Assembly (NCBI GenBank): GCA_964635715.1
Contig: CAZWNZ010000001.1
Location: 74,358 to 138,357, forward strand
Reading direction: 5' to 3'
Origin: an uncultured Gammaproteobacteria bacterium
GTDB lineage: Bacteria; Patescibacteriota; Microgenomatia; UBA8517
DNA: 64,000 nucleotides
Below the pieces are notes generated by a model, which worked only from the letters and a program-made list of their open reading frames with translations, made no database searches and was not told the DNA's origin. The position numbers and the translations under genes are program-made. Positions 8,263 through 18,433 of the stretch are shown piece after piece (positions within the stretch are counted from its first letter, which is position 1; each line of letters starts with the position of its first letter).

Positions 8263-11199
8263 TTATTCTTCAGATTTACAAAATAGTGAGAATTCACAAC
8301 CCATCTGACAAAACATGTGGCTACTACACTTGAAATCACTTTTCTCTATTTCATCACGTACTTTATAGATTTCCTTAACTGCATCTTCTAATTGTTTTGC
8401 GGTTCTAACTGTTGAAATCTTTTCTTGAGAATCTAGATAATACAAAGATAGTTTAATTTTATCTGGAGTTTTCCCAAATGGTGGTTCTTGTATCTTTGTT
8501 GCAGCTAAAGCGTAGAAAGAAAGTTGTAGGTTTTTATCTACTTCCGATTGACTTGGGATTGTTGCCCCAGTTTTGTAGTCAATTATTTCAATTGATCCAT
8601 CAGAGAATGTATCCACCCTATCCACTTTCCCTCCAATCTTTAAGTCTTTACCGAGGGGAATCACAAATGGTTGCTCGAGTGCAATTGGTAAGTTCTTTGG
8701 ATCAAATCCTGTTTTAATAAATCCTGAAAGATATAATTTTCCTTTATTGAAAAACTCAGTCTCGTGTTTTTTTGATGAGTACCCTTCTTTTATCCAATTC
8801 TTTTCTAATAGTTCGAATATCAATTTTTCGTTCGTGTTTTTGGAATTTGGAATTTGGAATTTGGAATTTAAGATTTCTGAATAGAAATCTTTTAGGGCCG
8901 CATGCATAGCAGTTCCAAATGATTGACTGGCAGAAGGTTTTGTTGGAACTTTTAAGATGTATCTTAATTTGTAATGCATTGGACACGTTTCAAAAGTTTC
9001 GATTTGGGAGAAACTCAAGTAGTCAATCTTGAGTTTCGGAATCTGGAATTTTGAATTTTGAATCTTGTGAGGTTCATAATCAAGAAATGACAACTGTTTT
9101 GTTTTATCTGAATTCGAGATTCGAGATTCGAGATTCTGCCCGAGCGCTTCAAAAATAAACGGTGAGAGTTTCTTCTCACGCTTTCCTTCACCATAATAAT
9201 CAGCTGCTGTTAGGTATAGTCTTTCTTTTGCACGAGTCATTGCAACATAAAAAAGCCTACGTTCTTCTTCCAGGTGGAAATCCCCCACTGGAAGAACTTC
9301 TTTTATTATCTCTTCCGGAATTGGAATTTGTTCACGGCGTTCCATTGAAGGAAATCTTTGCGAGACAAGGTTCGCTATAAATACCACTGGGAATTCCAAA
9401 CCTTTTGCTGAATGAACGGTCATAATATTAACAGCATTTACTTCCGTCCAGTCCTCATTAGTAGCCAATGGGCTTTCCCCTAGTTCCATTGATAGGTCCA
9501 GCCAGTCAACTACGGCAGGAACTGTGGCGTCTTCATTATCGACTTCGTAGGTTTTCAATTTATCAAAAAACTTTGAAATATTTTTGGCCCGGCTTTCCGC
9601 TTCGACAGATGACGGAGACAGTAGTTTTTGAATTAGACCTGTGTCTTCCAAATAGTAATAAAGAATTTGACCAGCAGTCTCTTTTTTAATTAAGGAAAGA
9701 TGTTTTTTAATTATCCCAAGTAACTTTTTAACTTTTTCTTTTGTTTCATCACCCACCACTACTTCGTCAATCTTTTCTGAAGTCTCAAATAAACTAATAT
9801 TGTATTTTCTTGAGAAGTTACCCATTGCAGCAATGTCACGAGAATTAATGTCAAAATAGTCATTGGAAAGAACTTTATAAAAAGCGACTGAATCTTCAAA
9901 GTCATAAAGAACTTTGAGGTATGAAATCAGGTCAATTATTTCAGGTTGTTTAAATAGTCTTCCCGGACCCAAAAATTGATATGGAATTCCGTTTCTGCCC
10001 AAGGCTCTCGTAATTGGTTCTGCGTGATTATTTGCACGTACTAGTATGGCAATATCTCCCCATTTGTAACTATCGTCCGAATTAAGTTTTACAATTTGTT
10101 TGGCAATTTGGTCGGCTTCGTTTTCAACCCTATCTGCATGAATGAACTTAATTTCGTTTCCATCTTTAGTAATTTGGGATTTTAACCTCTTGTCAATTTT
10201 TTCCACCACCTCAAGTCTATCGGGGTCATTAAACTTTATAAGATCATGACTTCTGTCCAATATTTCCTGAGTGCTTCTATAATTTTTAGTTAGTACTACA
10301 ACCTTTGTTTTTGGATAGCTACTTCTAAATTGAATTATGTTAGATACTGCTGCGCCACGGAAACGATAGATACTTTGGTCATCGTCCCCTACCACATTTA
10401 TGTTTCCATTCTTCCCTGCTAGAAGTTTTGTCAATTCATTTTGTGCATAGTTAGTATCCTGGAATTCATCAACCAAAACATACCTAAATTGTTTTTGATA
10501 TTCCGAGAGAATGTTGGGTCTATCTCTAAATAGTTTTAAAGTTTTTATAATGAGGTCTCCAAAGTCCATTACCCCTTCTTGAACTTTCAACTCATCATAA
10601 GCTTTATAGACTTTTGCCAGTTCCATAAATTTTCCCCTTTCGACCTCGTACTCTTCAGACAATTTGGAATTTGTAATTTTGAATTTGGAATTTACCCAAG
10701 CGTTATATTCGCTTGGGTTTATGTCTTCATCTTGAAGTCGGCTAAAGTGTTGTAAGAGTCCACTAATAAATTTTGTAGGATTTCCTAAAGGCCTAAAATA
10801 ATTTAGATCCAGTTTAAAAAGATTTTTACGAAGCAGCTGAATACTTTCTGCCTCACTCATTAATTTATAACGAGGGTCCAGTCCGATATGAAGCGCCTCA
10901 CGCCGGAGTACCCGATCGCAGAAAGAATGGAAGGTCATTATCCACATTTGCGTGTATCCGTAGGGCAAGCCTATATCCACTCTTTCTTCCATCTCACGTG
11001 CGGCTTTTTCCGTAAAAGTTAGTGCCAAAATTTCAGACGGCTTGGCGTGTTTTCCCAGAATTAAATATTTGATTCTTTCGGTGACAACTGTGGTTTTTCC
11101 TGTTCCGGCGCCGGCAATTATAAGAAGGGGGCCTTTGCCAAATTTAATGGCATCAATCTGCTCTTTGTTTAGCTTAAGATTTGAAGTTTTGTCTGTCAC
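8263..11199 (-). CDS. UvrD-like helicase fused to a C-terminal PD-(D/E)XK (RecB/Cas4-like) nuclease with a Cys cluster (AddB/helicase-nuclease type)
   Basis: N-terminal GAGTGKT Walker A and DEFQDTN; C-terminal CPMHYKLRYILKV...VDRVD...IIDYKTG nuclease motifs; terminal CSSHMFCQMGCEFSLFC suggests an Fe-S cluster. Confidence 0.8.
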   Translation of the reverse strand: MTDKTSNLKLNKEQIDAIKFGKGPLLIIAGAGTGKTTVVTERIKYLILGKHAKPSEILALTFTEKAAREMEERVDIGLPYGYTQMWIMTFHSFCDRVLRREALHIGLDPRYKLMSEAESIQLLRKNLFKLDLNYFRPLGNPTKFISGLLQHFSRLQDEDINPSEYNAWVNSKFKITNSKLSEEYEVERGKFMELAKVYKAYDELKVQEGVMDFGDLIIKTLKLFRDRPNILSEYQKQFRYVLVDEFQDTNYAQNELTKLLAGKNGNINVVGDDDQSIYRFRGAAVSNIIQFRSSYPKTKVVVLTKNYRSTQEILDRSHDLIKFNDPDRLEVVEKIDKRLKSQITKDGNEIKFIHADRVENEADQIAKQIVKLNSDDSYKWGDIAILVRANNHAEPITRALGRNGIPYQFLGPGRLFKQPEIIDLISYLKVLYDFEDSVAFYKVLSNDYFDINSRDIAAMGNFSRKYNISLFETSEKIDEVVVGDETKEKVKKLLGIIKKHLSLIKKETAGQILYYYLEDTGLIQKLLSPSSVEAESRAKNISKFFDKLKTYEVDNEDATVPAVVDWLDLSMELGESPLATNEDWTEVNAVNIMTVHSAKGLEFPVVFIANLVSQRFPSMERREQIPIPEEIIKEVLPVGDFHLEEERRLFYVAMTRAKERLYLTAADYYGEGKREKKLSPFIFEALGQNLESRISNSDKTKQLSFLDYEPHKIQNSKFQIPKLKIDYLSFSQIETFETCPMHYKLRYILKVPTKPSASQSFGTAMHAALKDFYSEILNSKFQIPNSKNTNEKLIFELLEKNWIKEGYSSKKHETEFFNKGKLYLSGFIKTGFDPKNLPIALEQPFVIPLGKDLKIGGKVDRVDTFSDGSIEIIDYKTGATIPSQSEVDKNLQLSFYALAATKIQEPPFGKTPDKIKLSLYYLDSQEKISTVRTAKQLEDAVKEIYKVRDEIEKSDFKCSSHMFCQMGCEFSLFCKSEE
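8841..8882. repeat. Heptamer tandem array (TGGAATT x4 plus two degenerate units) inside the helicase-nuclease CDS
   Basis: tggaatttggaatttggaatttggaatttaagatttctgaat; encodes ...NSKFQIPNSKFQ. Confidence 0.65.
9037..9066. repeat. Heptamer tandem array (GGAATCT/GAATTTT units) inside the helicase-nuclease CDS
   Basis: cggaatctggaattttgaattttgaatcttg. Confidence 0.6.
9109..9136. repeat. Heptamer tandem array (GAGATTC, 3 perfect copies plus TGAATTC) inside the helicase-nuclease CDS
   Basis: tgaattcgagattcgagattcgagattc; encodes LESRISNS. Confidence 0.65.
10661..10695. repeat. Heptamer tandem array (AATTTGG/AATTTTG units) inside the helicase-nuclease CDS
   Basis: aatttggaatttgtaattttgaatttggaatttac; encodes NSKFKITNSKL. 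Confidence 0.6.
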
Positions 11200-11220
11200 G
11201 ATCAGATTGTAGCACGAAAT

Positions 11221-12216
11221 TTATTCCAACTCCTTCGTTTCTTTTTTTATACCACTTCCCAACTTTCCGGCACCTGCAATTTTTTGGCCCAACGTCCCAA
11301 AACTATTAAACACATTATTCATCATATTAAAAGCGTTAGTTAAATGTTTTTGTAAAACTCCTAAATTTTCTTCCGTCTTTTCATAATCTTTTTGAATTGC
11401 CCTTAAAGAAGAAAGAATTTCTTTGGCTCTGCTTTCGATTTTTTGTCCCTCAAAACTCATAAGAATTGCCCGAAGATATGCATAGAAAGTTGTCGGAGAA
11501 ACAGGTAATACTCTTTTGCCTTGGGAGTAATCAAACAAATCCTGATTATTTACGACTTCGTAATAAACTCCCTCAGAGGGAATGTACATAAGAGCATAGT
11601 CAATAGTTCCCTCCTCCGTCAAAATATATTTTTTACCGATAGAGTCGATGTGAGTTTTGACATCTTTTACAAATTCACGTTCATATATTTTCTTTTCGGC
11701 GTCAGTTCCCGTAGTTGTCATCTTTCTAAAATTCTCCATAGGAAACTTGGAGTCCACCGGAATAATTCCTCCTGAAGTTTTGATTGCAGCATCCACTTTT
11801 TCTCCACTTTTAAAAGTGTATTGAAGGTTAAAAGATTCTTTCGGCAGAAATTGACCAAGCATTTCTTTTAAGACCTGTTCCCCTATATTTCCACGGACTT
11901 TAGGGCTCCTTAAGAAATCTTGCAGGTCTTTCATCCCTCTTCCGATTTCACTAAACTCTCCAATATTCTTTTGGACCTGAGAAATAACCCGAGCAGCATT
12001 GTCCAGGCGCTCATTCATAGCTTGAGTATTCTGCTGAAGAGAGCTCAAAAGGGTACGCCTATCTTCCTTACTTCCGGTTTGAAGCATTTTAATTACTTCC
12101 AAAAGCTCTTCTGAAGGCTTTTGGGACTGTTTTAAATCAGAGAGTTTTCGATTAATAAAAATGGTCAGGATTACAAGTGCCGCTAATACTATAATGAGAA
12201 TTACTATTGGATCCAT
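11221..12216 (-). CDS. rmuC: DNA recombination protein RmuC
   Basis: N-terminal TM, long coiled coil, C-terminal RmuC-like region (YALMYIPSEGVYYEV). Confidence 0.7.
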   Translation of the reverse strand: MDPIVILIIVLAALVILTIFINRKLSDLKQSQKPSEELLEVIKMLQTGSKEDRRTLLSSLQQNTQAMNERLDNAARVISQVQKNIGEFSEIGRGMKDLQDFLRSPKVRGNIGEQVLKEMLGQFLPKESFNLQYTFKSGEKVDAAIKTSGGIIPVDSKFPMENFRKMTTTGTDAEKKIYEREFVKDVKTHIDSIGKKYILTEEGTIDYALMYIPSEGVYYEVVNNQDLFDYSQGKRVLPVSPTTFYAYLRAILMSFEGQKIESRAKEILSSLRAIQKDYEKTEENLGVLQKHLTNAFNMMNNVFNSFGTLGQKIAGAGKLGSGIKKETKELE

Positions 12217-12223
12217 ATAACCA

Positions 12224-12251
12224 ATTCTAAATGATAAATTCTAAATTACAA
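12224..12251. repeat. Heptamer tandem array (AATTCTA/AATGATA units), intergenic or at the 5' end of the next ORF
   Basis: aattctaaatgataaattctaaattaca. Confidence 0.5.
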
Positions 12252-12587
12252 ATGAAACGAAAGGACAGAAAAGAACAGGTTTTGAAACGTAAAAACTTTC
12301 TCCCCACCCTTCTTTTGACGATTCTTTTTTGGATTTTACTTGCCGCTTTAATCTATTTTGTAGATCCGGGAACCTTTGGTGTTGTCCCACTATTTTTCAT
12401 TACATTCTTTGTAGCTCTGCTTTTTACTTTTTCTCTTATCTTTGCCAACTCCAGACGTGGTCTTCTCATCTCTCTATCTATATCTCTCTTCTTGGTTCTC
12501 ATGTATTTAGGAATCGGCAACTGGCTAAATTTGGCTTTAATAGTTGCAATTGCCTCATGTATCGAGATATATTTCAGCTTGAAATAA
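12231..12587 (+). CDS. Small polytopic membrane protein, hypothetical
   Basis: Three predicted TM helices; first 21 nt are repeat-derived, so the real start may be 12252 (MKRKDRK). Confidence 0.35.
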   Translation: MINSKLQMKRKDRKEQVLKRKNFLPTLLLTILFWILLAALIYFVDPGTFGVVPLFFITFFVALLFTFSLIFANSRRGLLISLSISLFLVLMYLGIGNWLNLALIVAIASCIEIYFSLK

Positions 12588-12591
12588 CAAA

Positions 12592-12924
12592 ATGAATTCA
12601 TCGCTTAAAAGAGGGCTCCTCCGAACTTTTGTCCAAATGCTCGAGGACCTGGAAGACAAAAAAGAGACAGAAAAATTTTTAAAAGATTTTTTTGATGACA
12701 AAGAATTAGAAATTTATATAAAAAGAATTTCTATCGCCTACTGGATCAAAAAAGGCAGAGACGAAGAAAATATTAAAAGGAATCTTCTTGCTTCTCCTAA
12801 AGAGATAAAATTGGCCCGTGAGATGTTAAAAAAAGAAGGAGTAAAACTTGCTATCAAAAAGATTGAGGCAGAAGAATGGGCAAATCAGTGGGTAGAAAAA
12901 ATAAAAAAATTTAAGAAAAGCTAG
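12592..12924 (+). CDS. Hypothetical small basic protein, possibly TrpR/YerC-like helix-turn-helix
   Basis: 110 aa, K/E-rich; weak resemblance only. Confidence 0.3.
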   Translation: MNSSLKRGLLRTFVQMLEDLEDKKETEKFLKDFFDDKELEIYIKRISIAYWIKKGRDEENIKRNLLASPKEIKLAREMLKKEGVKLAIKKIEAEEWANQWVEKIKKFKKS

Positions 12925-12957
12925 CTTCAAACCCTCCTTACGCTGTACAATACACGT

Positions 12958-14382
12958 ATGGACAAGAAAAAATACTACTTAACTACAACTTTGCCCTATG
13001 TAAACGCGGATCCACACATCGGCTTTGCGCTTGAAATTGTGCAGGCGGACACCTTAGCCCGTTATCACAGGCTTTTGGGAAAAGAAGTTATATTTAATTT
13101 CGGTACGGATGAACATGGCCAGAAAATTTATCAAAAAGCACTCGACGCTGGCCGCGATCCTCAGGAATATTGCGATGAATATGCTAAAAAGTTTGATGCA
13201 CTTAAAAAAGCATTAAATCTTAGTTATACAAATTTTATTAGAACCACCGACCCCAAGCACATTGAGGCGGCTCAGGAATTTTGGAAACTTTGCGATAAGG
13301 CTGGAGATATTTACAAAAAAACTTATAAAACAAAATATTGTGTTGGCTGTGAATTAGAAAAAACCGACTCGGAGTTGGTTGATGGCCGATGTCCCCTTCA
13401 TCCCAATCAGGAGTTGGAAATAATTGAGGAGGAAAATTATTTCTTTAAGTTCTCTAAATATCAAAAGCCTTTGCTTGATTTTTACGAAAGAAATCCAGAC
13501 TTTGTAATTCCTGCAGGTAAATTTAAAGAAATAAAAACTTTTGTTGAAAATGGGTTGTCTGATTTTTCCATCTCCAGACTAAAATCCAAGATGCCCTGGG
13601 GAATCCCGGTTCCCGGTGACGACTCTCAGGTAATGTATGTTTGGTTTGACGCTCTTGTAAATTATATTTCTACTCTAGGCTGGCCAAAAGATTTAAAAAA
13701 CTACAAAGATTTTTGGCCGGGAATTCAAGTTGCCGGAAAAGATAATTTGAGACAACAAACTGCCACATGGCAGGCAATGTTAATGTCTGCAGGGCTTCCC
13801 AATTCCAAACAGGTTTTTATTCACGGATTTATCACCGTTAATGGACAAAAAATCAGCAAGAGCCTAGGAAATACAATTAATCCAATTGAAATTACCGAAA
13901 AATACGGGACTGATGCTTTACGCTATTATCTTTTAGCAAAAGTAAATCCAGCTGAAGATTCCGATTTTACTTTTGAAAAATTTGAGGAAGTTTACAACGG
14001 CGAACTTGCAAACGGACTTGGAAATTTGGTAGCACGCATTATGCAGCTCGCACAAAATAATTTGGAGGAAGGAACACGTCCAGAACCCGTGGGTTTCCCA
14101 GAAGAATATACTGACGCAATTGAAAATTATGAATTTAATAAGGCGTTGAGTTTTGTATGGGAATTGATTCAAAAATTAAATGAGAAAATCACAGAAACCA
14201 AACCATTTGAACTCATAAAATCAGATCCAGAATCCGGCAAGAAATTAATTTTTGATCTAACTCAAGAGCTGTATTTTATTGGCCGTTTATTAAATCCATT
14301 TTTGCCTGACACAAATAAAATTATAAAAGATGCAATTGTTTCAAATAAAAAACCAGAATCTCTTTTCCCCCGCCTAAGCTAA
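12958..14382 (+). CDS. metG: Methionine--tRNA ligase (short form)
   Basis: Class I aaRS: YYLTTTLPYVNADPHIGFALE (HIGH region), Zn knuckle CVGCELEKT...GRCPLH, KISKSLGN (KMSKS). Confidence 0.9.
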   Translation: MDKKKYYLTTTLPYVNADPHIGFALEIVQADTLARYHRLLGKEVIFNFGTDEHGQKIYQKALDAGRDPQEYCDEYAKKFDALKKALNLSYTNFIRTTDPKHIEAAQEFWKLCDKAGDIYKKTYKTKYCVGCELEKTDSELVDGRCPLHPNQELEIIEEENYFFKFSKYQKPLLDFYERNPDFVIPAGKFKEIKTFVENGLSDFSISRLKSKMPWGIPVPGDDSQVMYVWFDALVNYISTLGWPKDLKNYKDFWPGIQVAGKDNLRQQTATWQAMLMSAGLPNSKQVFIHGFITVNGQKISKSLGNTINPIEITEKYGTDALRYYLLAKVNPAEDSDFTFEKFEEVYNGELANGLGNLVARIMQLAQNNLEEGTRPEPVGFPEEYTDAIENYEFNKALSFVWELIQKLNEKITETKPFELIKSDPESGKKLIFDLTQELYFIGRLLNPFLPDTNKIIKDAIVSNKKPESLFPRLS

Positions 14383-14385
14383 TTT

Positions 14386-15876
14386 ATGCGTAAATTTATT
14401 GAAAAACACGACAAAACAATTCAGCGTCTTTTGGAAATTCTTCCGGGTTTTTGTTCATGGAATTTTATTCTTCTCCCTTATTGGGGAATCTTTGTTTTTC
14501 CTGAGTTTATTGCTTACATTATTCTCTTATTTAATATTTATTGGCTTTTCCAATCAATTCAGATTGCCGTATCTTCCGTTATCTCCCATACTAAAATTCA
14601 AGCAGCTAAAATTTACGATTGGATGGGAGACGTCAGGGGTTTCCCGGATTGGAAAAAAGTTCGGCATATTGTGATTATTCCCACTTACAAAGAGCCTCTT
14701 TATATTCTTGACCGTACTTTGAATTCTCTTGCATCCCAAACGCTTCCGACTAAACAAATTATCCCCGTCCTGGCTATGGAAAAAAATGAGCCGGAAAATG
14801 ATCGGGAAGCTAAGTGGAAAATCCTTAATGAGAAATACGGTAAACTTTTCTGTAATTTATTTAAAACAGTTCACGAGCTTAAACCCGGTGAAGCCGCCGG
14901 AAAATCTTCAAACGAAAAATACGCAGCAGTTTGGATGAAAGAAAACTATATTGATGCTAAAAAAATAAATATCGACTATTACACGGTTTCCTCCTGCGAC
15001 GCTGACCACAAATATCATCCCCAGCACTTTGCCTGTCTTACATACAAATTCCTGGATGATCCTGAAAGATACACAAAATTCTGGCAACCGGCAGTTATGT
15101 TTTATAACAACATTTGGGAGGTTCCGGCAATAATAAGAGTTTTCAATACTTTGATGAGCATTTACAACCTGTCTCAACTTCCCCGCCGCGATCGACTAAT
15201 AAACGCTCAGAATTATGCGCTTTCATTTAAATTGTTGGACAAAGTTGGATATTGGGATGCCGACAAAATTCCGGAAGATTGGGGAATATTTTTTAAATCG
15301 TTTTATAAATCCGGTGGTGGAATCGAGGTAGAACCGATTTTTCTACCTCTTTGGGCAGATGCGGCACAATCAACTTCTCTTTGGAAAACACTAAAAAACC
15401 AGTATCAGCAAATCAAAAGATGGGCCTGGGGTGCAAGCGACGACCCTTGGATTATCAAAAGTTACTTTTTAACCAAAGGTGTTCCGTTTTGGGATAAAAC
15501 CATGAGGCTTATTCAGGCGCTTTGGTCTCATTTTCTTTGGCCGGTTAACTGGTTTACTATTACTATTGGTCTTTCAATTCCGACTCTTCTTAACCCAGCC
15601 TTTGGGAGAACCGCCCTCGGATATACTGTTCCCAAACTTTCATCTTTAATTTTGACCATATCACTTGTTTTCCTTATTGTGACAATAGTTATCGACAACA
15701 TTCAAAAACCAAAAAGGCCAAAACATTTTTCATTTTTCAGATTTCTTCTTACACCGCTTGAATTTGTACTAATGCCTGTTGCAGGATTCTTCCTTTCAGC
15801 AATCCCCGGCTTGGATGCCCACACCCGCCTCATGCTCGGAAAATATATTGAATACAAGGTCACCGAGAAAGTGTAG
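14386..15876 (+). CDS. Family 2 processive beta-glycosyltransferase (CesA/chitin-synthase-like) membrane protein
   Basis: HIVIIPTYKEP, DADHKYHPQHF (DxD region), QQIKRWAWG (QxxRW), N- and C-terminal TM helices. Confidence 0.75.
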   Translation: MRKFIEKHDKTIQRLLEILPGFCSWNFILLPYWGIFVFPEFIAYIILLFNIYWLFQSIQIAVSSVISHTKIQAAKIYDWMGDVRGFPDWKKVRHIVIIPTYKEPLYILDRTLNSLASQTLPTKQIIPVLAMEKNEPENDREAKWKILNEKYGKLFCNLFKTVHELKPGEAAGKSSNEKYAAVWMKENYIDAKKINIDYYTVSSCDADHKYHPQHFACLTYKFLDDPERYTKFWQPAVMFYNNIWEVPAIIRVFNTLMSIYNLSQLPRRDRLINAQNYALSFKLLDKVGYWDADKIPEDWGIFFKSFYKSGGGIEVEPIFLPLWADAAQSTSLWKTLKNQYQQIKRWAWGASDDPWIIKSYFLTKGVPFWDKTMRLIQALWSHFLWPVNWFTITIGLSIPTLLNPAFGRTALGYTVPKLSSLILTISLVFLIVTIVIDNIQKPKRPKHFSFFRFLLTPLEFVLMPVAGFFLSAIPGLDAHTRLMLGKYIEYKVTEKV

Positions 15877-15880
15877 AACC

Positions 15881-15901
15881 AGATACCAAATTCTAGCTAC
15901 T
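15881..15901. repeat. Short heptamer array (AGATACC AAATTCT AGCTACT) between convergent gene ends
   Basis: Shares the TCTAGCTACT core with the array at 49899..49930. Confidence 0.4.
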
Positions 15902-16846
15902 GGACATTAGTTCTTTGTAGTATCCAATCGTTTTCTGAAGTCCTTCTTCTAAACTAATTTCTGGCTCCCAACCAAGAACTGTTTTTGCTTTTGTAATATC
16001 CGGCTGTCTTCTCATTGGATCGTTCTCCCTAAACTTTCCTGTAAATTCAATTAAAGATTTTGAACCGGTAATTTTGATAACCAAATCGGCAAGTTCTTTC
16101 ATTGTAAACTCGCTAGGATTTCCTAAATTAAATATCTCCCCTTTTGTCCCCTCCGTAAACATCGCTTTGACGATTCCCTCGATTAAATCGTCAACGTAGC
16201 AAAACGATCTGGTTTGAGATCCGTCGCCATCAATTTTAATAGGAGAGCCAAAAAGGGCTGCCATTATAAAATTAGAAACAACTCTTCCGTCGTCCTTTTG
16301 CATCCTCGAACCGTAGGTGTTAAAAATTCTAATAATCCTGGCATCTATATCATATTTTCGAAGATAAATGTATGTAGCTGTTTCTCCGTATCTTTTGCTT
16401 TCATCATAACAACTCCTTGGTCCAAAAGTATTAACATTACCAAAATAAGTCTCTTTCTGAGGATGCTCCAGAGGGTCTCCATATACTTCAGATGTCGAAG
16501 CCAAAAGAAACTTAGAACCCATTTTTTTGGCTAGTTTAAGCATATTTAAAGTTCCCATAGAATTGGCTAAAAAAGTCTCTTCAGGGTAATTTTGATAATC
16601 AATTGGAGATGCAGGAGAAGCGAAGTGAAATATATAGTTAAAAGGTAAAAGGTTAAAGGTAAAAGGTTGGGTAACATCGGCTTCTATAAACTCAAAATTG
16701 GGATTTGCCATCAAGTGTTCAATATTCTTTTTTGATCCGGTCAAAAAATTATCCAAACAAATCACTTTATAACCATCTTTTATTAATCTGTCACATAAAT
16801 GGCTGCCAATGAAACCTGCACCACCCGTCACCAAAACATTTTGCAT
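15893..16846 (-). CDS. NAD-dependent epimerase/dehydratase, UDP-glucuronate decarboxylase (UXS)-like
   Basis: VLVTGGAGFIGSHLCDRL Rossmann motif, YDESKRYGE catalytic YxxxK. Confidence 0.85.
   Translation of the reverse strand: MQNVLVTGGAGFIGSHLCDRLIKDGYKVICLDNFLTGSKKNIEHLMANPNFEFIEADVTQPFTFNLLPFNYIFHFASPASPIDYQNYPEETFLANSMGTLNMLKLAKKMGSKFLLASTSEVYGDPLEHPQKETYFGNVNTFGPRSCYDESKRYGETATYIYLRKYDIDARIIRIFNTYGSRMQKDDGRVVSNFIMAALFGSPIKIDGDGSQTRSFCYVDDLIEGIVKAMFTEGTKGEIFNLGNPSEFTMKELADLVIKITGSKSLIEFTGKFRENDPMRRQPDITKAKTVLGWEPEISLEEGLQKTIGYYKELMSSS
16640..16667. repeat. Heptamer tandem array of a different unit (AAAAGGT x4) inside the UXS-like CDS
   Basis: aaaaggtaaaaggttaaaggtaaaaggt; encodes the inserted-looking FTFNLLPFNY segment. 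Confidence 0.55.
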
Positions 16847-16851
16847 ATAAG

Positions 16852-18405
16852 ATGATTATATCTTACACTAGGTATAATATGAAATCCTTTTGGAAGATTA
16901 GGACCCTTTGGGATAAGCTTCATAGGGTCGGTGATTTTCTTCATTTGCCAGATATACCCAATTGGTTAATTGCAATTCTTTTTCTGGTTTTCCTTTTAAG
17001 AGTCCCCTCTTTCTTTGAACCTTACTACTACGGAGACGAAATGATTTACATGGCTTTGGGTCAAGGTGTTCGACAGGGAGAAACCCTCTACCAGGATTTA
17101 CACGACAATAAGCCGCCTCTTTTATATTTGACCGCTGCTTTATCGGGAAATTTATTCTGGTTTAAAGTAATTTTGACTTTCTGGGTTCTGGCTACTATTG
17201 TACTTTTTCACAAACTAACTGAAACCTTGTTGGAGAAAAATAAAAAAGCCCAGAAGATTGCCACTTCCATATTTGCACTTCTGACCACTTTACCATTACT
17301 GGAGGGCTTAACTGTAAATTCGGAGTTGTTTATGATCGGATTTACAATTTTGGCATTTATTATCCTTTTAAGAAAAAATGTTACCAAAAAGAATGTTTTT
17401 TTTGCAGGCATGCTCTTCGGGGTCGGAACACTTTTTAAAGTTCCTGCAGCTTTTGACGCACCGATAATTGTTTTCTATTGGGTAATCACGAGGGGTTTTA
17501 AAGATTGGAAAAAAATCCTTGGAGATACTTTTATTTTGATTATTGGATTTTCCCTTCCCGTACTTGCTACTTTTATTTGGTATTTCACCAAGGGTGCTCT
17601 TCCGGAATATATTAAGGCTGCCTTTATGCAAAATGTCGGTTACTTAAGCAGTTTCCGTCCGGGAGATGTGCAAAAATCATTTCTGGTCAGAAATGCCCCA
17701 CTTTTGATACGAGGTAGTGTTGTTCTTATCTTTTCGACACTCCTGTTTATTTTCAGAGATAAACTTTCAAAAAGATTTGTACTTTTATCACTCTGGGTGA
17801 TTTTTGCTCTTTTTGCAATCACTCTTTCGGAGCGTCCTTATCCACATTATTTAATCCAAGCCATAGCACCTGTTTCAATTTTGATGTCCGTATTCTTTCT
17901 TGAGAAAAGTATTGAACAGTCCTTAGTCGTTCTCCCTTTAGCGGTTTTTCTTTTTGTACCGATTTATTACAATTTTTGGGTTTACCCGACAACAACCTAC
18001 TATGTAAGATTTATTAAATTCGTTTCCGGTAATGAGAGTAGGGAGACATATTTCAATAGTTTTTCTTCAACCACAAACAGAAATTATCAAATAGCCGAGT
18101 TTTTATCACAATCGAGCCTTCAGAACGATCACGTCTTTATGTGGGATCCGGATTCATCTGCTGTTTATTCCCTAGCCAAGCGTCTTCCACCAATAAAATA
18201 TGTGGCAGATTATCATGTAAATGATTACTCAACAAAAGCAATTGAAGCAAAAAATATTGCCGCAAACCCACCTAAATTCATTATTCTCACCGATTCGCAC
18301 CCATACCCGGAACTAACTCAACTCCTAAAAAGTAATTATTTATTAATTAACCAAATAGATGACGCCAATATCTATTCCCGAATTGATTTTGCTCCTGCGA
18401 AATAG
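16852..18405 (+). CDS. GT-C fold membrane glycosyltransferase (ArnT/PMT, GT39/GT83-like)
   Basis: YYYGDEMIYMALGQ...LHDNKPPLLY motif region, 10 or more TM helices, C-terminal periplasmic domain. Confidence 0.6.
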   Translation: MIISYTRYNMKSFWKIRTLWDKLHRVGDFLHLPDIPNWLIAILFLVFLLRVPSFFEPYYYGDEMIYMALGQGVRQGETLYQDLHDNKPPLLYLTAALSGNLFWFKVILTFWVLATIVLFHKLTETLLEKNKKAQKIATSIFALLTTLPLLEGLTVNSELFMIGFTILAFIILLRKNVTKKNVFFAGMLFGVGTLFKVPAAFDAPIIVFYWVITRGFKDWKKILGDTFILIIGFSLPVLATFIWYFTKGALPEYIKAAFMQNVGYLSSFRPGDVQKSFLVRNAPLLIRGSVVLIFSTLLFIFRDKLSKRFVLLSLWVIFALFAITLSERPYPHYLIQAIAPVSILMSVFFLEKSIEQSLVVLPLAVFLFVPIYYNFWVYPTTTYYVRFIKFVSGNESRETYFNSFSSTTNRNYQIAEFLSQSSLQNDHVFMWDPDSSAVYSLAKRLPPIKYVADYHVNDYSTKAIEAKNIAANPPKFIILTDSHPYPELTQLLKSNYLLINQIDDANIYSRIDFAPAK

Positions 18406-18433
18406 ATATCGTAAAATAAAGTCCTTAATAAAT

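Noticed and set aside
8838-9140. Heptamer arrays as a possible CRISPR array
   Set aside because: Unit length is 7 nt with no spacers of 25-40 nt, arrays are inside open reading frames, and no cas genes are present
12329-12601. ORFs 12329..12595 (+) and 12353..12601 (-) overlapping the small membrane protein gene
   Set aside because: They are alternative frames of the same short locus; the hydrophobic frame at 12231..12587 is the most gene-like, though even that call is weak
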